Sequence record: NC_055708.1
Strand: one strand, 5' to 3'
Length of the DNA stretch: 64,000 nt
Source of the DNA: Enterobacteria phage ATK47
Below, piece after piece: positions 9,908-19,204 of the stretch (its first letter is position 1; each line of letters begins with the position of its first letter). Below the pieces are notes generated by a model. That model worked only from the letters and a program-made list of their open reading frames with translations. It had not been told where the DNA came from and did not search any database. Made by a program: the position numbers and the translations under genes.

Positions 9908-10273
9908 ATGAACTACACCAACTTCGAACGCAAATATGTTTCTAACGGTATCGCTGGTTCTTCTGAAGTTATTTGCTTATGGAAACACGAAAACGGTACA
10001 GTTTGTGAAATCGAACAGTGCATGACTCCTAATTATGTTTATATGCGATTTGAAAATGGCATCACGGTTTCAATCACGATGGAAGGTTCAAATTTTAAAA
10101 TTGCATTAGATGATGATTTCCGTCAGCGCGATTTAGGTACTCATCCTTGCTGGAATGGTGTTAATCGTAAACTTCTGGTTAAAACCTGGATTCGTCATAT
10201 CCTGAGTAACCGAGCTAAACCTGAACATCTCGAAGCAATCTTTGATGTAGTTCTTAACGAATTTGATATCTAA
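9908..10273 (+). CDS. Hypothetical protein, 121 aa (30.7 position)
   Basis: ORF downstream of an early promoter; GGAG Shine-Dalgarno. Confidence 0.5.
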   Translation: MNYTNFERKYVSNGIAGSSEVICLWKHENGTVCEIEQCMTPNYVYMRFENGITVSITMEGSNFKIALDDDFRQRDLGTHPCWNGVNRKLLVKTWIRHILSNRAKPEHLEAIFDVVLNEFDI

Positions 10274-10280
10274 TTTAACT

Positions 10281-10296
10281 GGGAGCTTCGGCTCCC
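10281..10296 (+). other. Intercistronic GC-rich UUCG hairpin (GGGAGC-TTCG-GCTCCC)
   Basis: Perfect 6-bp stem with TTCG loop directly before the GAGGA Shine-Dalgarno of the next ORF; no T-run. Confidence 0.5.
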
Positions 10297-10308
10297 ACTG
10301 AGGAAATT

Positions 10309-10923
10309 ATGTTTAAAGTTAATACTTTTTATAAAATGAATTTTAAAAATGGGGATATTACTCCACGCCTTAAAAACATGTTCTCATATGACCTTATCGA
10401 GCCTTTTGAAGTTTTAGAAGTTACTGATGCCGGCTCAGTTTGTGAAATTAGAACTTCTGAAGGTAAAATTTATCAGGCAGGTGTTGGTAAATTCAGTAAT
10501 TGTTTTACTTTAATATTCTCGACCGATTTAGATGAGCATTTTATTGAATGTCCTAACCCTAAGGTCCATGAAGTTCCATGGAAAGAAACTAAGAAAAATG
10601 GACCGCATGAATACACGAAGGTTGAAACTCCTCACGGCGATATGTGGCGTCATAACTCTCCTTTTGGAAGTAAAGGAACATTTGCTCAACTGCCTAAACC
10701 GTATGACGATGAAAAATACATCGTCGCCTTTTTATCTGAACAGGGTACTCAAGACCGTGGATGCCAAAGAAGTGGTTTACTAAGTGAACTTGAAGCTCAT
10801 AACCAAGCACGTGAATTCGTTGAGAAAAATCCTGGTTCTGAAGCTCTAGTCATGAAAGCAGTTACTCAATATATCACTGCTCAACCTATTGTTCATCCGG
10901 TAGAAATTAATTTCATTAAGTAG
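10309..10923 (+). CDS. Hypothetical protein, 204 aa (30.6 position)
   Basis: ORF with Shine-Dalgarno; the largest uncharacterised early ORF in the window; several Cys and His residues. Confidence 0.55.
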   Translation: MFKVNTFYKMNFKNGDITPRLKNMFSYDLIEPFEVLEVTDAGSVCEIRTSEGKIYQAGVGKFSNCFTLIFSTDLDEHFIECPNPKVHEVPWKETKKNGPHEYTKVETPHGDMWRHNSPFGSKGTFAQLPKPYDDEKYIVAFLSEQGTQDRGCQRSGLLSELEAHNQAREFVEKNPGSEALVMKAVTQYITAQPIVHPVEINFIK

Positions 10924-10953
10924 TTTACATCCAAGGACGGATTAGAGTATAAT
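10923..10953 (+). promoter_or_regulatory. T4-type early promoter
   Basis: GTTTAC at 10923-10928 and TATAAT at 10948-10953 (19-nt spacer, longer than the others). Confidence 0.45.
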
Positions 10954-10977
10954 GATTTCTTTAGTAAGTGGAAAAAT

Positions 10978-11175
10978 ATGAAATTTTTAATAGCACAAAC
11001 AGTCCAATTAAAAGGTGTTGGAATTCCTGGGGTGATTTTTAAAGTTCTCCCTGAATTTAAAACCGCCGCTGGAATTATCAATGAAGCGTATGCTGTTCAA
11101 TGGGTTGATTGGACTTCTGACATACGTATGGGTAAAGAGTTATCTCCTATTAAAGGGTTGAAACATGTTGAATAA
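10978..11175 (+). CDS. Hypothetical protein, 65 aa (30.5 position)
   Basis: ORF downstream of a promoter; no motif. Confidence 0.4.
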   Translation: MKFLIAQTVQLKGVGIPGVIFKVLPEFKTAAGIINEAYAVQWVDWTSDIRMGKELSPIKGLKHVE

Positions 11176-11377
11176 ATTAATCCAGAAATTGTTAGGTACA
11201 GAAATGATCGAAGTTACTTATCGTGTAACTGACTGCTCGCCTATTCATCCACAGGATGAACCATTTATCAAGACAATTAAAATGCTTAAAAATGACGGTG
11301 GTTTATCTATTGAAGACCGTCTGCCTAGTTACGGCCATTGGGCTGATGTTGAAATTATAAGTGTTAAAGATGTCTGA
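11165..11377 (+). CDS. Hypothetical protein, 70 aa (30.4 position)
   Basis: ORF overlapping its neighbours; no motif. Confidence 0.4.
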   Translation: MLNKLIQKLLGTEMIEVTYRVTDCSPIHPQDEPFIKTIKMLKNDGGLSIEDRLPSYGHWADVEIISVKDV

Positions 11378-11828
11378 ATTAGAAATAAGAAGTAATTTCA
11401 AGTGGCCGTCATGTGCATTAAGTAACTTTGCTCAATGGCCTTTTGTTATGGATGGTATTCAATTCGGAGGTCTTGAAGGATTTCTCCAAGGATGTAAGGT
11501 GAAAAATGTTGAACAACAAAGACGTATATTTGGGTTGTCTGGATTGGCTGCACAGCAAGCTGGAAGGTCTTATGCAAGAGCTCAGGACCGTGGAACTCTC
11601 TTCTGGTTAGGAGTTCCGTTTTCAAGATACTCCGAAGCGTGGAAAGAATTATACACAAATGCATATTTTGAAGCCGCGATCCAAAATAAGGGGTTTCGTG
11701 ATGCCTTACAAGCCTCTAAAGGAAAAATTTTGAAGCACAGCATGGCTAGCCACCTAACAAAAGATGATACAATACTAACTGAAGCTGAATTTATTGATGT
11801 GTTAAACCTATTAAGAGACTCTTTATGA
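11370..11828 (+). CDS. NADAR/YbiA-like (DUF1768) domain protein (30.3 position)
   Basis: ALSNFAQWPF ... DGIQF resembles the FSNF...WP...DG core of E. coli YbiA as I recall it; ATG at 11370 (ORF-track start at 11361 is GTG). Confidence 0.5.
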   Translation: MSELEIRSNFKWPSCALSNFAQWPFVMDGIQFGGLEGFLQGCKVKNVEQQRRIFGLSGLAAQQAGRSYARAQDRGTLFWLGVPFSRYSEAWKELYTNAYFEAAIQNKGFRDALQASKGKILKHSMASHLTKDDTILTEAEFIDVLNLLRDSL

Positions 11829-12640
11829 AGCCTACTATTTTGACTGATATTGATGGTGTATGTTTAAGTTGGCAATCTGGACTTCCTTATTTTGCCCAAA
11901 AATATAATCTTCCATTAGAACATATTTTAAAAATGATTCAGGACGAAAAATTTATTTCTCCTGGTAAACTATTCAATACCGACGATAACCTTGGTAAACA
12001 ATTAATAGAAAAATATAATAGCTCTGATTTTATTCGTTACTTAGCGCCTTATTCAGATGCTCTTCGAGTTATCAATAAACTAAAAGAAGACTATAATTTT
12101 GTAGCCGTGACGGCGCTAGGTGATTCAATTGATGCTCGATTGAATAGACAATTTAATTTGAATGCTTTGTTCCCAGGCGCTTTCTCTGAAGTAATGATGT
12201 GTGGTCATGATTCTTCAAAGGAACAATTATTCGAACTAGCTAAAACAAAATATAACGTGATTTGTTACGTTGACGATTTAGCTCATCACTGTGACCATGC
12301 GGCAGAAATTCTTAATGTACCGATTTATTGGTTGGCTCGTGGTGAACGTGATGATATTCCTCGCACTGCACAACGTGTACACACGTGGGATGATATTGAA
12401 TCTCGATTGGTTCCGCCAGAGCATAATTCAAATTCAGATCGTGAAGACCTTTTAAAACGATTGGCCGATTTGCTTAAAGAATCTGGTGCAACAAGTCCAG
12501 GTGCATGGCCTAATCAAATTGGCGCTCCGTCGAATCCGTATACCTGGCGAACCCCAGGACCAACTGATATGCGGCCATGGTGGACGATTCAAAACTTTCC
12601 TTTAGATTCGTCTAAATGGACTTGGTCTATAAATTGTTAA
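11825..12640 (+). CDS. HAD-superfamily-like hydrolase (30.2 position)
   Basis: N-terminal LTDIDGV matches HAD motif I (DxDG[T/V]); ATGA overlap with the upstream ORF. Confidence 0.5.
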   Translation: MKPTILTDIDGVCLSWQSGLPYFAQKYNLPLEHILKMIQDEKFISPGKLFNTDDNLGKQLIEKYNSSDFIRYLAPYSDALRVINKLKEDYNFVAVTALGDSIDARLNRQFNLNALFPGAFSEVMMCGHDSSKEQLFELAKTKYNVICYVDDLAHHCDHAAEILNVPIYWLARGERDDIPRTAQRVHTWDDIESRLVPPEHNSNSDREDLLKRLADLLKESGATSPGAWPNQIGAPSNPYTWRTPGPTDMRPWWTIQNFPLDSSKWTWSINC

Positions 12641-12649
12641 GGGATACTT

Positions 12650-12919
12650 ATGTTTGTAGTTCATGATATTACAGATGGCAAAAACACCACACGTGACTAC
12701 GGTCACGTTAACATGTTCTTTCGAGACTGGCCATTGTTTCGTTCAGTAAAAGACGCAGAAATATTTAAAGAGTGTGTTGAACAAGGGTTCATCTACATTT
12801 CAGAATACTATGTTGAAGGACTCGGTAAATGGATTACCACTTATCAGAAAACGCTGAAATCGCTTCTAGATGAAGTGGCTTATAATAGAACCGTAACCAA
12901 AATCGAGGACATCAAATGA
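12650..12919 (+). CDS. Hypothetical protein, 89 aa (30.1 position)
   Basis: ORF; stop overlaps the ligase start (ATGA). Confidence 0.45.
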   Translation: MFVVHDITDGKNTTRDYGHVNMFFRDWPLFRSVKDAEIFKECVEQGFIYISEYYVEGLGKWITTYQKTLKSLLDEVAYNRTVTKIEDIK

Positions 12920-14409
12920 TTTTAGATATTTTAAACCAAATAGCTGCGATCGGTTCTACTAAAACAAAACAAGAAATCCTTAAGAAAAATAAGGACAACA
13001 AATTACTTGAACGTGTGTATCGTTTAACATATGCACGTGGTATCCAGTATTATATTAAGAAATGGCCAGGACCAGGTGAAAGGTCTCAAGCGTATGGTCT
13101 TCTTGAATTAGATGACATGTTGGATTTTATTGAGTTCACATTAGCCACTCGTAAACTCACTGGTAATGCTGCAATTAAAGAGCTCATGGGTTATATCGCT
13201 GACGGTAAACCTGATGATGTAGAAGTCCTTCGTCGTGTAATGATGCGAGACCTTGAAGTAGGTGCTTCAGTGTCTATCGCGAATAAGGTGTGGCCTGGAC
13301 TTATTCAATTGCAGCCACAGATGTTAGCATCTGCATATGATGAGAAATTGATTACTAAAAATATTAAATGGCCTGCATTTGTCCAATTAAAGGCAGATGG
13401 TGCTCGTTGTTTCGCTGAAGTTCGCGATGATGGCGTTCAATTCTTTTCTCGTGCCGGTAACGAATACCATGGTCTTACTCTATTAGCAGATGAACTAATG
13501 GAAATGACTAAAGAAGCTCGTGAAAGACACCCTAATGGGGTTTTAATCGACGGTGAATTAGTTTATCATTCATTTGATATTAAAAAGGCTGTGAGCTCAG
13601 GAAATGACCTGTCGTTCTTATTTGGCGATAATGAAGAATCCGAAGAAGTACAAGTTGCAGACCGTAGCACTTCAAATGGTTTAGCAAATAAATCTCTTCA
13701 AGGGACTATTTCTCCTAAAGAAGCGGAAGGTATGGTTCTTCAAGCCTGGGACTATGTTCCTTTAGATGAAGTCTACTCTGATGGCAAAATTAAAGGCCAG
13801 AAATACGATGTTCGTTTTGCTGCTCTTGAAAATATGGCTGAAGGCTTTAAGCGAATTGAGCCAATTGAAAATCAGTTAGTTCGTAATCTTGACGAAGCTA
13901 AAGTGGTTTATAAAAAATATGTTGACCAAGGTCTTGAAGGTATTATCCTTAAAAACCGTGATTCATATTGGGAAAACAAACGCTCTAAGAATCTAATTAA
14001 ATTTAAAGAAGTTATTGATATCGCTTTAGAAGTTGTAGGATACTACGAACACTCTAAAGACCCTAACAAATTAGGTGGTGTCGAACTCGTATCACGTTGT
14101 CGTCGTATTACAACCGATTGTGGTTCAGGTTTTAAAGATACAACTCATAAAACAGTTGACGGTGTAAAGGTTCTTATTCCTTTAGATGAGCGTCATGATT
14201 TAGACCGTGAACGATTAATGGCTGAAGCTCGTGAAGGTAAATTGATTGGACGTATTGCTGATTGCGAATGTAATGGTTGGGTTCATTCTAAAGGCCGTGA
14301 AGGTACTGTAGGTATTTTCCTTCCAATTATTAAAGGGTTCCGTTTTGATAAAACAGAAGCGGATTCGTTTGAAGACGTATTTGGACCGTGGTCCCAGACA
14401 GGTTTATAA
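12916..14409 (+). CDS. 30: ATP-dependent DNA ligase gp30
   Basis: 497 aa; adenylation motif KADGAR; extensive similarity to T4 DNA ligase as I recall it (MIL.ILN.IA.IGSTK ... YRLTY ... ECNGW). Confidence 0.92.
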   Translation: MILDILNQIAAIGSTKTKQEILKKNKDNKLLERVYRLTYARGIQYYIKKWPGPGERSQAYGLLELDDMLDFIEFTLATRKLTGNAAIKELMGYIADGKPDDVEVLRRVMMRDLEVGASVSIANKVWPGLIQLQPQMLASAYDEKLITKNIKWPAFVQLKADGARCFAEVRDDGVQFFSRAGNEYHGLTLLADELMEMTKEARERHPNGVLIDGELVYHSFDIKKAVSSGNDLSFLFGDNEESEEVQVADRSTSNGLANKSLQGTISPKEAEGMVLQAWDYVPLDEVYSDGKIKGQKYDVRFAALENMAEGFKRIEPIENQLVRNLDEAKVVYKKYVDQGLEGIILKNRDSYWENKRSKNLIKFKEVIDIALEVVGYYEHSKDPNKLGGVELVSRCRRITTDCGSGFKDTTHKTVDGVKVLIPLDERHDLDRERLMAEAREGKLIGRIADCECNGWVHSKGREGTVGIFLPIIKGFRFDKTEADSFEDVFGPWSQTGL

Positions 14410-14597
14410 TGAAAGCTTATTTAGAAACAGTTATTGTAGCTAAGAAGGATGGTGGAGATGTTTCCACCTCTTGCTCTCAGATTATATTAGATTTTCCTAA
14501 TGAAAATTCGTATCGGGTTTTCGTAGATAACGTTAATGGGTACGAAAAAGGCCCTAATTTTGAAGTTTATCGTACTTTGCTCCCGATTGTGGATTAA
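14409..14597 (+). CDS. Hypothetical protein, 62 aa
   Basis: ATG overlapping the ligase stop (TAATG); followed by a terminator. Confidence 0.4.
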   Translation: MKAYLETVIVAKKDGGDVSTSCSQIILDFPNENSYRVFVDNVNGYEKGPNFEVYRTLLPIVD

Positions 14598-14616
14598 GAG
14601 CCTTCGGGCTCTTTTT
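14597..14616 (+). terminator. Rho-independent terminator (AGAGCC-TTCG-GGCTCT plus TTTTT)
   Basis: 6-bp stem, UUCG loop and T-run seen in sequence. Confidence 0.7.
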
Positions 14617-14652
14617 GGCATAAATATAAATTATTACTAAAAGGAAAACACT

Positions 14653-16740
14653 ATGTCTGAACAAATAAACGAAGTGTTTGAATCTGAAGGCAGTCTTCCT
14701 GTCGTCAATTTGAACCCTAAAGCTAAAGTTCCACAAGTCTGGAAAATTGGTGATATCGATACAAACATCGTAGTTCGCTTATTCTCTTATCTTTCTGAAG
14801 GCGATGCCGTAAAACAAGTTAAACTTGGCGACAAATACGCTCATGTTGTTATTATGAGTCTATCTGAAAAGGGTAATCTCGCTGAATTGAAAAATGGCCT
14901 TGGTCCTGCTCCTATTGATGCAATCAACACTATTTTCAATACAGTATATGAACAGGTTAAAGCTCTTCGTATGGATGCAGTTCTGTTCCGATTCCCTACC
15001 AAGAAATTGAAAGGACGTGGACAACAGCTTCAAACTCTTCTTGCTCGTTTAGTTTCTACTAAAACCGGTGGTCGTTTTAAAGTATTGTCGGCAATGTATC
15101 AATTCACAGGTAAACACACCTATGTGATGATGGTTCGTAAAAATGCCAACATTGAAGATATTAAAGGCATCCCTAACATTAACACAGAGTTGTATACGAA
15201 AGTAGATTCTGATGTTGGCGAAGTTTATGTGAGTAAAAAGACCGGCGAAAAGGTCACCAAAGAAACGGCTATCGCTGGTTCTATTGCTGCTGTAGAAGAA
15301 AAACGTAAAGATAAGCCTGTTATTGCTCGTACTAAAATTTCTCGTCGTGCTATTGCAGCAAGTCAATCTTTAGAAGCTGACCGACAAGAAGGTGAGTTAT
15401 TCCAGAAATACGAAAATTCTGCTAAAGAAGTTAGTGGCCCAGCTACGGCCGAATTACTTCCTGAAGCATATGAAATCGTACTAGCCCAAGCATCGTCCAC
15501 AGCAAAAGGCACTTTAGTTGCTGATATCGAAAATAAGATTTATAATCGTATTGATGAATCCTTTAAATTTGCCGATGAAGTTTCTTATGGTAGTGTTATT
15601 AAGCCGACTTTAGAAAAGTTTGCTAAGAAAATTAAAACTGAAAAAACAACATCTGTTAAAGCATTAGCTGCTTTTGTTGAAGCTGCAAATGAAATTGCAG
15701 ACTCTATTAAAGACGAATGGTTTGAAGATTTTAGACGTGATAATTTCCAACTGCCTGACGACGTTTTAGCTGAAGTATCTGAAAGAACTTGGAAACAACG
15801 TAAATCAGCGTTCTTGTCTAATGTGATGTATACTTATGCCCGAGAATCGGCTAGAGGCACCTTTAATATAACAATGAATCGGGACCCTAAACAATACTCT
15901 GTTGCTGAAAAACGAGCTATTCGTGAATATGCCTCTTCTGCGTATACCGATATCAATAATATGTTGTTAGGTCGTTATAAACCGGATTTTTATGATGTTG
16001 CAGATGAAGATGAAGTTAAACGCGCTATTGATGGTCTTGATTCGGCGTTTTTAAATGGAGACCGTTTACCTGAAGGACTAACGTTATATAGAGCTCAGTC
16101 TATCAGAATGCCTATTTACGAAGCAATGGTTAAAAATAAGGTATTCTACTTCAGAAACTATGTTTCCACTTCACTAGCTCCTATTATTTTCGGTGGGTTT
16201 AAAGAGAACGTTGCCCTTGGACTTGCTCCTGAAGAAGTTCGCAAAGAGCTTAACATTGACAATAATGACGAAGGTGTTACTATTTCTCCTAGTCAAGTAA
16301 GAACAGCTATGCATGCACCAGAACAAATCCGTGTTAACGTTGGATGGGCTATCGATGGCGCCCATAAAGTTAACGTGATTTATCCAGGACAGTTGAGTAA
16401 CCACCCTAATGAGCAAGAAATTATTTTGCCTAGAGGCATTCTCTTGCAGATAAATAAAATTACAGATGCGTCATCTGACACCGGTGCAGGTTTAGAATCC
16501 AACCTTAAATTTATTCAAGCTGAAGTCATGTCCTCAGACCAGTTGGATGAAGCCGTCATTTATGATGGTGATGTTCTCATGGAAACAGGCGAGGTGGTTG
16601 CTATGACGGGTGAAATCGAATCGGATGAGCCGGTATCGTTCTCCTCATTTGTAGAAAAAACTAGTGCACCTAAAGGTTTGAAATTGTTAGCATCTTTAAT
16701 GGATTTAGAATCAGTTCCGTTTAAATTTGTCCAAGGATAG
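14653..16740 (+). CDS. alt: Alt ADP-ribosyltransferase (capsid-packaged, modifies host RNA polymerase)
   Basis: 695 aa (T4 Alt is about 682); position between ligase and gene 54; AAGGA Shine-Dalgarno; ART-like region in the C-terminal half. Confidence 0.8.
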   Translation: MSEQINEVFESEGSLPVVNLNPKAKVPQVWKIGDIDTNIVVRLFSYLSEGDAVKQVKLGDKYAHVVIMSLSEKGNLAELKNGLGPAPIDAINTIFNTVYEQVKALRMDAVLFRFPTKKLKGRGQQLQTLLARLVSTKTGGRFKVLSAMYQFTGKHTYVMMVRKNANIEDIKGIPNINTELYTKVDSDVGEVYVSKKTGEKVTKETAIAGSIAAVEEKRKDKPVIARTKISRRAIAASQSLEADRQEGELFQKYENSAKEVSGPATAELLPEAYEIVLAQASSTAKGTLVADIENKIYNRIDESFKFADEVSYGSVIKPTLEKFAKKIKTEKTTSVKALAAFVEAANEIADSIKDEWFEDFRRDNFQLPDDVLAEVSERTWKQRKSAFLSNVMYTYARESARGTFNITMNRDPKQYSVAEKRAIREYASSAYTDINNMLLGRYKPDFYDVADEDEVKRAIDGLDSAFLNGDRLPEGLTLYRAQSIRMPIYEAMVKNKVFYFRNYVSTSLAPIIFGGFKENVALGLAPEEVRKELNIDNNDEGVTISPSQVRTAMHAPEQIRVNVGWAIDGAHKVNVIYPGQLSNHPNEQEIILPRGILLQINKITDASSDTGAGLESNLKFIQAEVMSSDQLDEAVIYDGDVLMETGEVVAMTGEIESDEPVSFSSFVEKTSAPKGLKLLASLMDLESVPFKFVQG

Positions 16741-16769
16741 TTTACAAACACATGGATGTGTGATACTAT
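16740..16769 (+). promoter_or_regulatory. T4-type early promoter
   Basis: GTTTAC at 16740-16745 and TACTAT at 16764-16769, with the GTGATACTAT block shared with the promoter at 5811. Confidence 0.55.
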
Positions 16770-16798
16770 CATCCCATCAACAACATGAGGAAAACGTT

Positions 16799-17092
16799 AT
16801 GAAATCTATGCTTCGCTTTAATGGTCAAGAACTAGTAGTTGAAGATGTTATCCCGGCAGATGATGTTTTTAACGAAGCTGTGATTGACGAATTGAATCGA
16901 GTATTCCCAGGTGCATTCCATATTGCTATGGAACCTCTTAAAAACTTTCGTGACCCTGAGCACACTGATCAAATTTTTGTCGGTGTAGTGACAGGTCATT
17001 TAGAAACAGAGGTACCAATGGTCGTATTAGTTAAATACTCTAAAGATGATACTCCATTCCGAGCACCAGCATTCCTTTCATTCCGTAAATAA
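16799..17092 (+). CDS. Hypothetical protein, 97 aa (alt.-1 position)
   Basis: ATG at 16799 after a GAGGA Shine-Dalgarno; the ORF-track start at 16727 runs through the promoter. Confidence 0.5.
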   Translation: MKSMLRFNGQELVVEDVIPADDVFNEAVIDELNRVFPGAFHIAMEPLKNFRDPEHTDQIFVGVVTGHLETEVPMVVLVKYSKDDTPFRAPAFLSFRK

Positions 17093-17100
17093 ACCCCTAA

Positions 17101-17123
17101 AGGGAGACGTTGTCTCCCTTTTT
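17101..17123. terminator. Bidirectional rho-independent terminator at the convergent junction of the early block and gene 54
   Basis: AAAGGGAGAC-GTT-GTCTCCCTTTTT: GC-rich stem flanked by an A-run and a T-run, so it can terminate both strands. Confidence 0.7.
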
Positions 17124-17124
17124 C

Positions 17125-18087
17125 TTATAGTCCTAAAACTCTTGACGCAGAATTCACCACACCTGTCAATGTGTTTATATTAGACACACCTCCAGCAGTC
17201 CCACCTAATCTAGAAAGTCTTGATACTGCACTTCCTAGACCAGAATCATTCTGATTATTTCCAAACATTCCTGAAACACTACTAATAAGTCCTGATTCTA
17301 ACCATTCTAAAGCAGCCTGTCTATTTACAGCACCTGATTGCATAACGCGATAAGCAAATGTTACGTCAAAAACTGTTATTTGATTATCACCATCATATGT
17401 TAACTCAGGAGAAGAGACACTAACAGGAATACATCCAGTGAACATGACAGCGGTATGTGGTAAACCATTTCGTGCATGTAAATTAACCTGAATATCTGCT
17501 TCGACGTCTTGTGGTAAAGCACGAAGACCTGTTACAGGGTCTTGGACCGAGTTTACCCAGTCTTGCATTGCTCTAAAGTTAGATGCTTCGGAATCCATTC
17601 TAAAGCTTATTACTAATGGGTCCATTTCTCGGCCGGTAATTCGGATGTTCGGTGAGTTATAATTGAAATCCGTTTCATAAGATAATCGGTTCTCAGGCAT
17701 TTTTACAGAATAAATCATTAAACCTGTATTATTATATGCCATATTGAAGAAGTCTATCAGATAAGCTCCTACTGTGAACTCACCTAACAAGCTTTGCACC
17801 GTACGTTGACTCATTGCTCCAATCAGATATTTACTTATACCTGATTTTCGAATTAATTTCTGTGTTCCTGCTGTAATCAGGGTTGTTACGCCCTGATTGA
17901 TATCACCTTGAGTTAATCCTAGCCAATCGGAATCCAACCCTAAGTTATTATAAGCAAAACTACCAATTGACGAAATTAGTGAAGATGATTTGGTCGATGG
18001 TGTAGTAGCAAATACACAACTAAACATATTGTTTCGTTGGAAATCTGCATTTATAGCTTGGTTATTAAATTCTTCTAAAGAGTACAT
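17125..18087 (-). CDS. 54: Baseplate tail-tube initiator gp54
   Basis: 320 aa, the same as T4 gp54; last gene of the 51-27-28-29-48-54 operon. Confidence 0.8.
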   Translation of the reverse strand: MYSLEEFNNQAINADFQRNNMFSCVFATTPSTKSSSLISSIGSFAYNNLGLDSDWLGLTQGDINQGVTTLITAGTQKLIRKSGISKYLIGAMSQRTVQSLLGEFTVGAYLIDFFNMAYNNTGLMIYSVKMPENRLSYETDFNYNSPNIRITGREMDPLVISFRMDSEASNFRAMQDWVNSVQDPVTGLRALPQDVEADIQVNLHARNGLPHTAVMFTGCIPVSVSSPELTYDGDNQITVFDVTFAYRVMQSGAVNRQAALEWLESGLISSVSGMFGNNQNDSGLGSAVSRLSRLGGTAGGVSNINTLTGVVNSASRVLGL

Positions 18088-19196
18088 TAGAAAGTCCCCG
18101 CATAAAGTGAAGAACGGTTTAATGTAATAATTTCTCGCATTGTTATCTCTAACGTAAATGTTGATGGTAAGTTAGGAGCAACAGCGAGACCATTAAATTG
18201 TCCATTTGGAGTTTTATCAAAACGTACGCTTTGAATTTGACATGGGCCAAATACGTCAGTTAACCCGTCAAATTTAGACGTGTATCCAAAGTTTTTAACC
18301 ATCCAAATTGTAGGGTTACTTACAACTAATACATTTGTTAATGACGCAGTAATCTTTTCAAACAATGTCTTATTTTTTACTGCATCATCTGGCGTCATAG
18401 GCTCAATAAACGTTGAACGGTACCATTCGTCTAAATAACTTTTAATCTCTTGGGCGTACTGTGATTTACCGGTCTCACCATATGAGAAATAGTTAAAATA
18501 CTGGTAAATGTTTATAATAGCCATAAGGTCTTCAGTTGAACGTGGAGTTAAATCCCATGTAAAGACTTTAGTACGGTTCTCAGCACCACCATACATACTA
18601 CGAGAAGTCGTATAAATCTGTTCGTTATTATCAGCCATAAGCCCTTGAGTAATAGAATCTAATGCACCAAAAACTGCAGTAGAAGCAATGTTACTTAAAA
18701 CACCTGTAGCAGTACCTCCACCTTTAGTAATAAGACTATCACCGATATCATTAAAACGATGTGAAGTTGTATCAACGTCAGATTTGGAACGTGGCAAAAG
18801 TATATTAGCAACAGGAGTTTTATTTATAGTAGATTTATTAGCTCCGGCAGGAAGCAACCCATTAGAGAATTTAGTCACTGCATCTTTCACATTATCAGTT
18901 AAATCTGATATGATACCATTAGATGAAGTCCCGGCGTACGCCGGACGTAAATTCCTGAGGGATCCTGAATCGCGTGCAGACATATTGTACGCGGTAAATA
19001 ATAATCCATTCTTATAAAGGTCTGTTACCTGGAAGTCTCCTGTGGAGTCATTTCCGGCTGCTCTTCCTGTAGGAAATTGAGCAACATAAGTTTTAGTAGT
19101 TGTTTCGGTTTTAGTGCTTTGCCCAGCACTTTCTGAGACTGGGATTGCTTTATTTAAATCCTTTGCATCTACTACTATTTCTTTTACACTAATCAT
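18087..19196 (-). CDS. 48: Baseplate tail-tube cap gp48
   Basis: 369 aa; T4 synteny between 29 and 54. Confidence 0.8.
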   Translation of the reverse strand: MISVKEIVVDAKDLNKAIPVSESAGQSTKTETTTKTYVAQFPTGRAAGNDSTGDFQVTDLYKNGLLFTAYNMSARDSGSLRNLRPAYAGTSSNGIISDLTDNVKDAVTKFSNGLLPAGANKSTINKTPVANILLPRSKSDVDTTSHRFNDIGDSLITKGGGTATGVLSNIASTAVFGALDSITQGLMADNNEQIYTTSRSMYGGAENRTKVFTWDLTPRSTEDLMAIINIYQYFNYFSYGETGKSQYAQEIKSYLDEWYRSTFIEPMTPDDAVKNKTLFEKITASLTNVLVVSNPTIWMVKNFGYTSKFDGLTDVFGPCQIQSVRFDKTPNGQFNGLAVAPNLPSTFTLEITMREIITLNRSSLYAGTF

Positions 19197-19204
19197 AATA
19201 ATCC

